DNA of 64,000 nt, taken from contig JBLHWZ010000002.1 in the NCBI GenBank assembly GCA_047629415.1, positions 1,917 through 65,916 of the forward strand, written 5' to 3'. The position numbers and the translations under genes were made by a program. Positions 63,492 through 64,000 of the stretch are shown here, in pieces (the first letter of the stretch is position 1; every line of letters starts with the position of its first letter). The notes below the pieces were generated by a model. That model worked only from the letters and a program-made list of their open reading frames with translations. It was not told the origin of the DNA and searched no databases. This DNA is from Bradymonadia bacterium. Lineage in GTDB: Bacteria > Myxococcota_A > Bradymonadia > REDH01.

Positions 63492-63915
63492 ACCGCTTAG
63501 AGGGGCGCGGCACTCTCGGTGTGACACGCAGACCGCTTAGCGGGGGCGGCAAACGATGCCACTGAACGCTCCAGTGGTGCGAGTAGACAATGGCAGGCGC
63601 CTATCGACCACGGAGACGATGTCGGATGCAGGACCACCGCGCTGCACCGAACAACCCACGCGTGGCGGTGACCCACCGGTTCTGAGGGTCAAGATACCCG
63701 TGTGCGACCCTTGGGGGTGCGGCACATGATGCCGCCCCTGCTTCGAGGGTGCGTGTTGAGGATGGTGGTCGTTGTTGTTCCTTGCGGAGTGCCTACGATC
63801 GCGGCCACATCGCGTCGCAGCCCGCCCCCATCCTTTGCGGGGCCGCAGCCCACTCCCATCCTTTACGGGTTAGGCAAACAAGCGGCGAACCCGCCCCCGC
63901 CGAAGCTGATGCACG
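63492..63915. repeat. Dense cluster of GC-rich hairpin/direct repeat elements in a ~750-bp non-coding stretch
   Basis: Elements seen: ACCGCTTAGAGGGGCGCGGCAC (63492-) and ACCGCTTAGCGGGGGCGGCAAACGATGCC (63532-); GGGGTGCGGCACATGATGCCGCCCCTGCTTCGAGGG (63713-63750); the direct repeat GCAGCCCGCCCCCATCCTTTGCGGGG / GCAGCCCACTCCCATCCTTTACGGGT (63817-63870); and CCCGCCCCCGCCGAAGC (63890-63906). Confidence 0.5.
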
Positions 63916-64000
63916 ACGTATCCGTCACATCGTCGCAGTCCTGCTGACCGGAACAACGGCGCGTACAAATGTTGTTGCCTTCGCTGGCCGGCTCAAACGA

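Overview
High-GC bacterial chromosomal window. The gene content and protein style suggest a Myxococcota/Bradymonadia-like deltaproteobacterium; this is an inference, since no search was possible. The supporting traits are lipobox proteins with acidic D/T/E tethers and Cys/Asp-rich repeat modules, Hanks kinase plus FHA signalling, an ECF sigma operon and a DUF1552/DUF1592-type pair.

I can support about 40 protein-coding genes in roughly 15 alternating-strand blocks. Many junctions are translationally coupled (ATGA, GTGA or TAGTG overlaps). I recognised no rRNA, tRNA, CRISPR array, transposase or phage gene.

Housekeeping genes:
- ruvX-mltG
- a FadR-like TetR gene with etfB-etfA
- pyrC-aroC-yfcH-like-speE-like
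- htpG
- a TIGR03960/DUF2344-type radical SAM gene
- a POT peptide transporter

About 21% of the window (four genes, ~13.6 kb) encodes very large exported proteins assembled from a shared set of disulfide/Ca-binding-type modules.

Most interesting observations:
1. A giant mosaic lipoprotein is followed by a coupled FHA-winged-helix regulator, a Hanks kinase and a membrane protein.
2. An unnamed six-Cys 'CGGC' module occurs 20 times in one gene and about 8 times in another.
3. The POT transporter carries a T2SS pseudopilin (GspG)-like domain in a periplasmic loop.
4. An envelope-spanning lipoprotein / outer-membrane barrel / ceramidase-like / GPH-symporter locus.
5. A split DUF4331 pair sits in an operon with an ECF sigma and a Cys-free ChrR-like anti-sigma.
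6. A RumA-like methyltransferase has lost its catalytic Cys and Glu.
7. A double FadR-type operator lies upstream of the TetR gene.
8. Families of intergenic hairpin repeats.
9. Two decayed genes.

All domain calls come from motif recognition by eye. No HMM or BLAST was run, and the long antisense ORFs typical of high-GC DNA were discounted.
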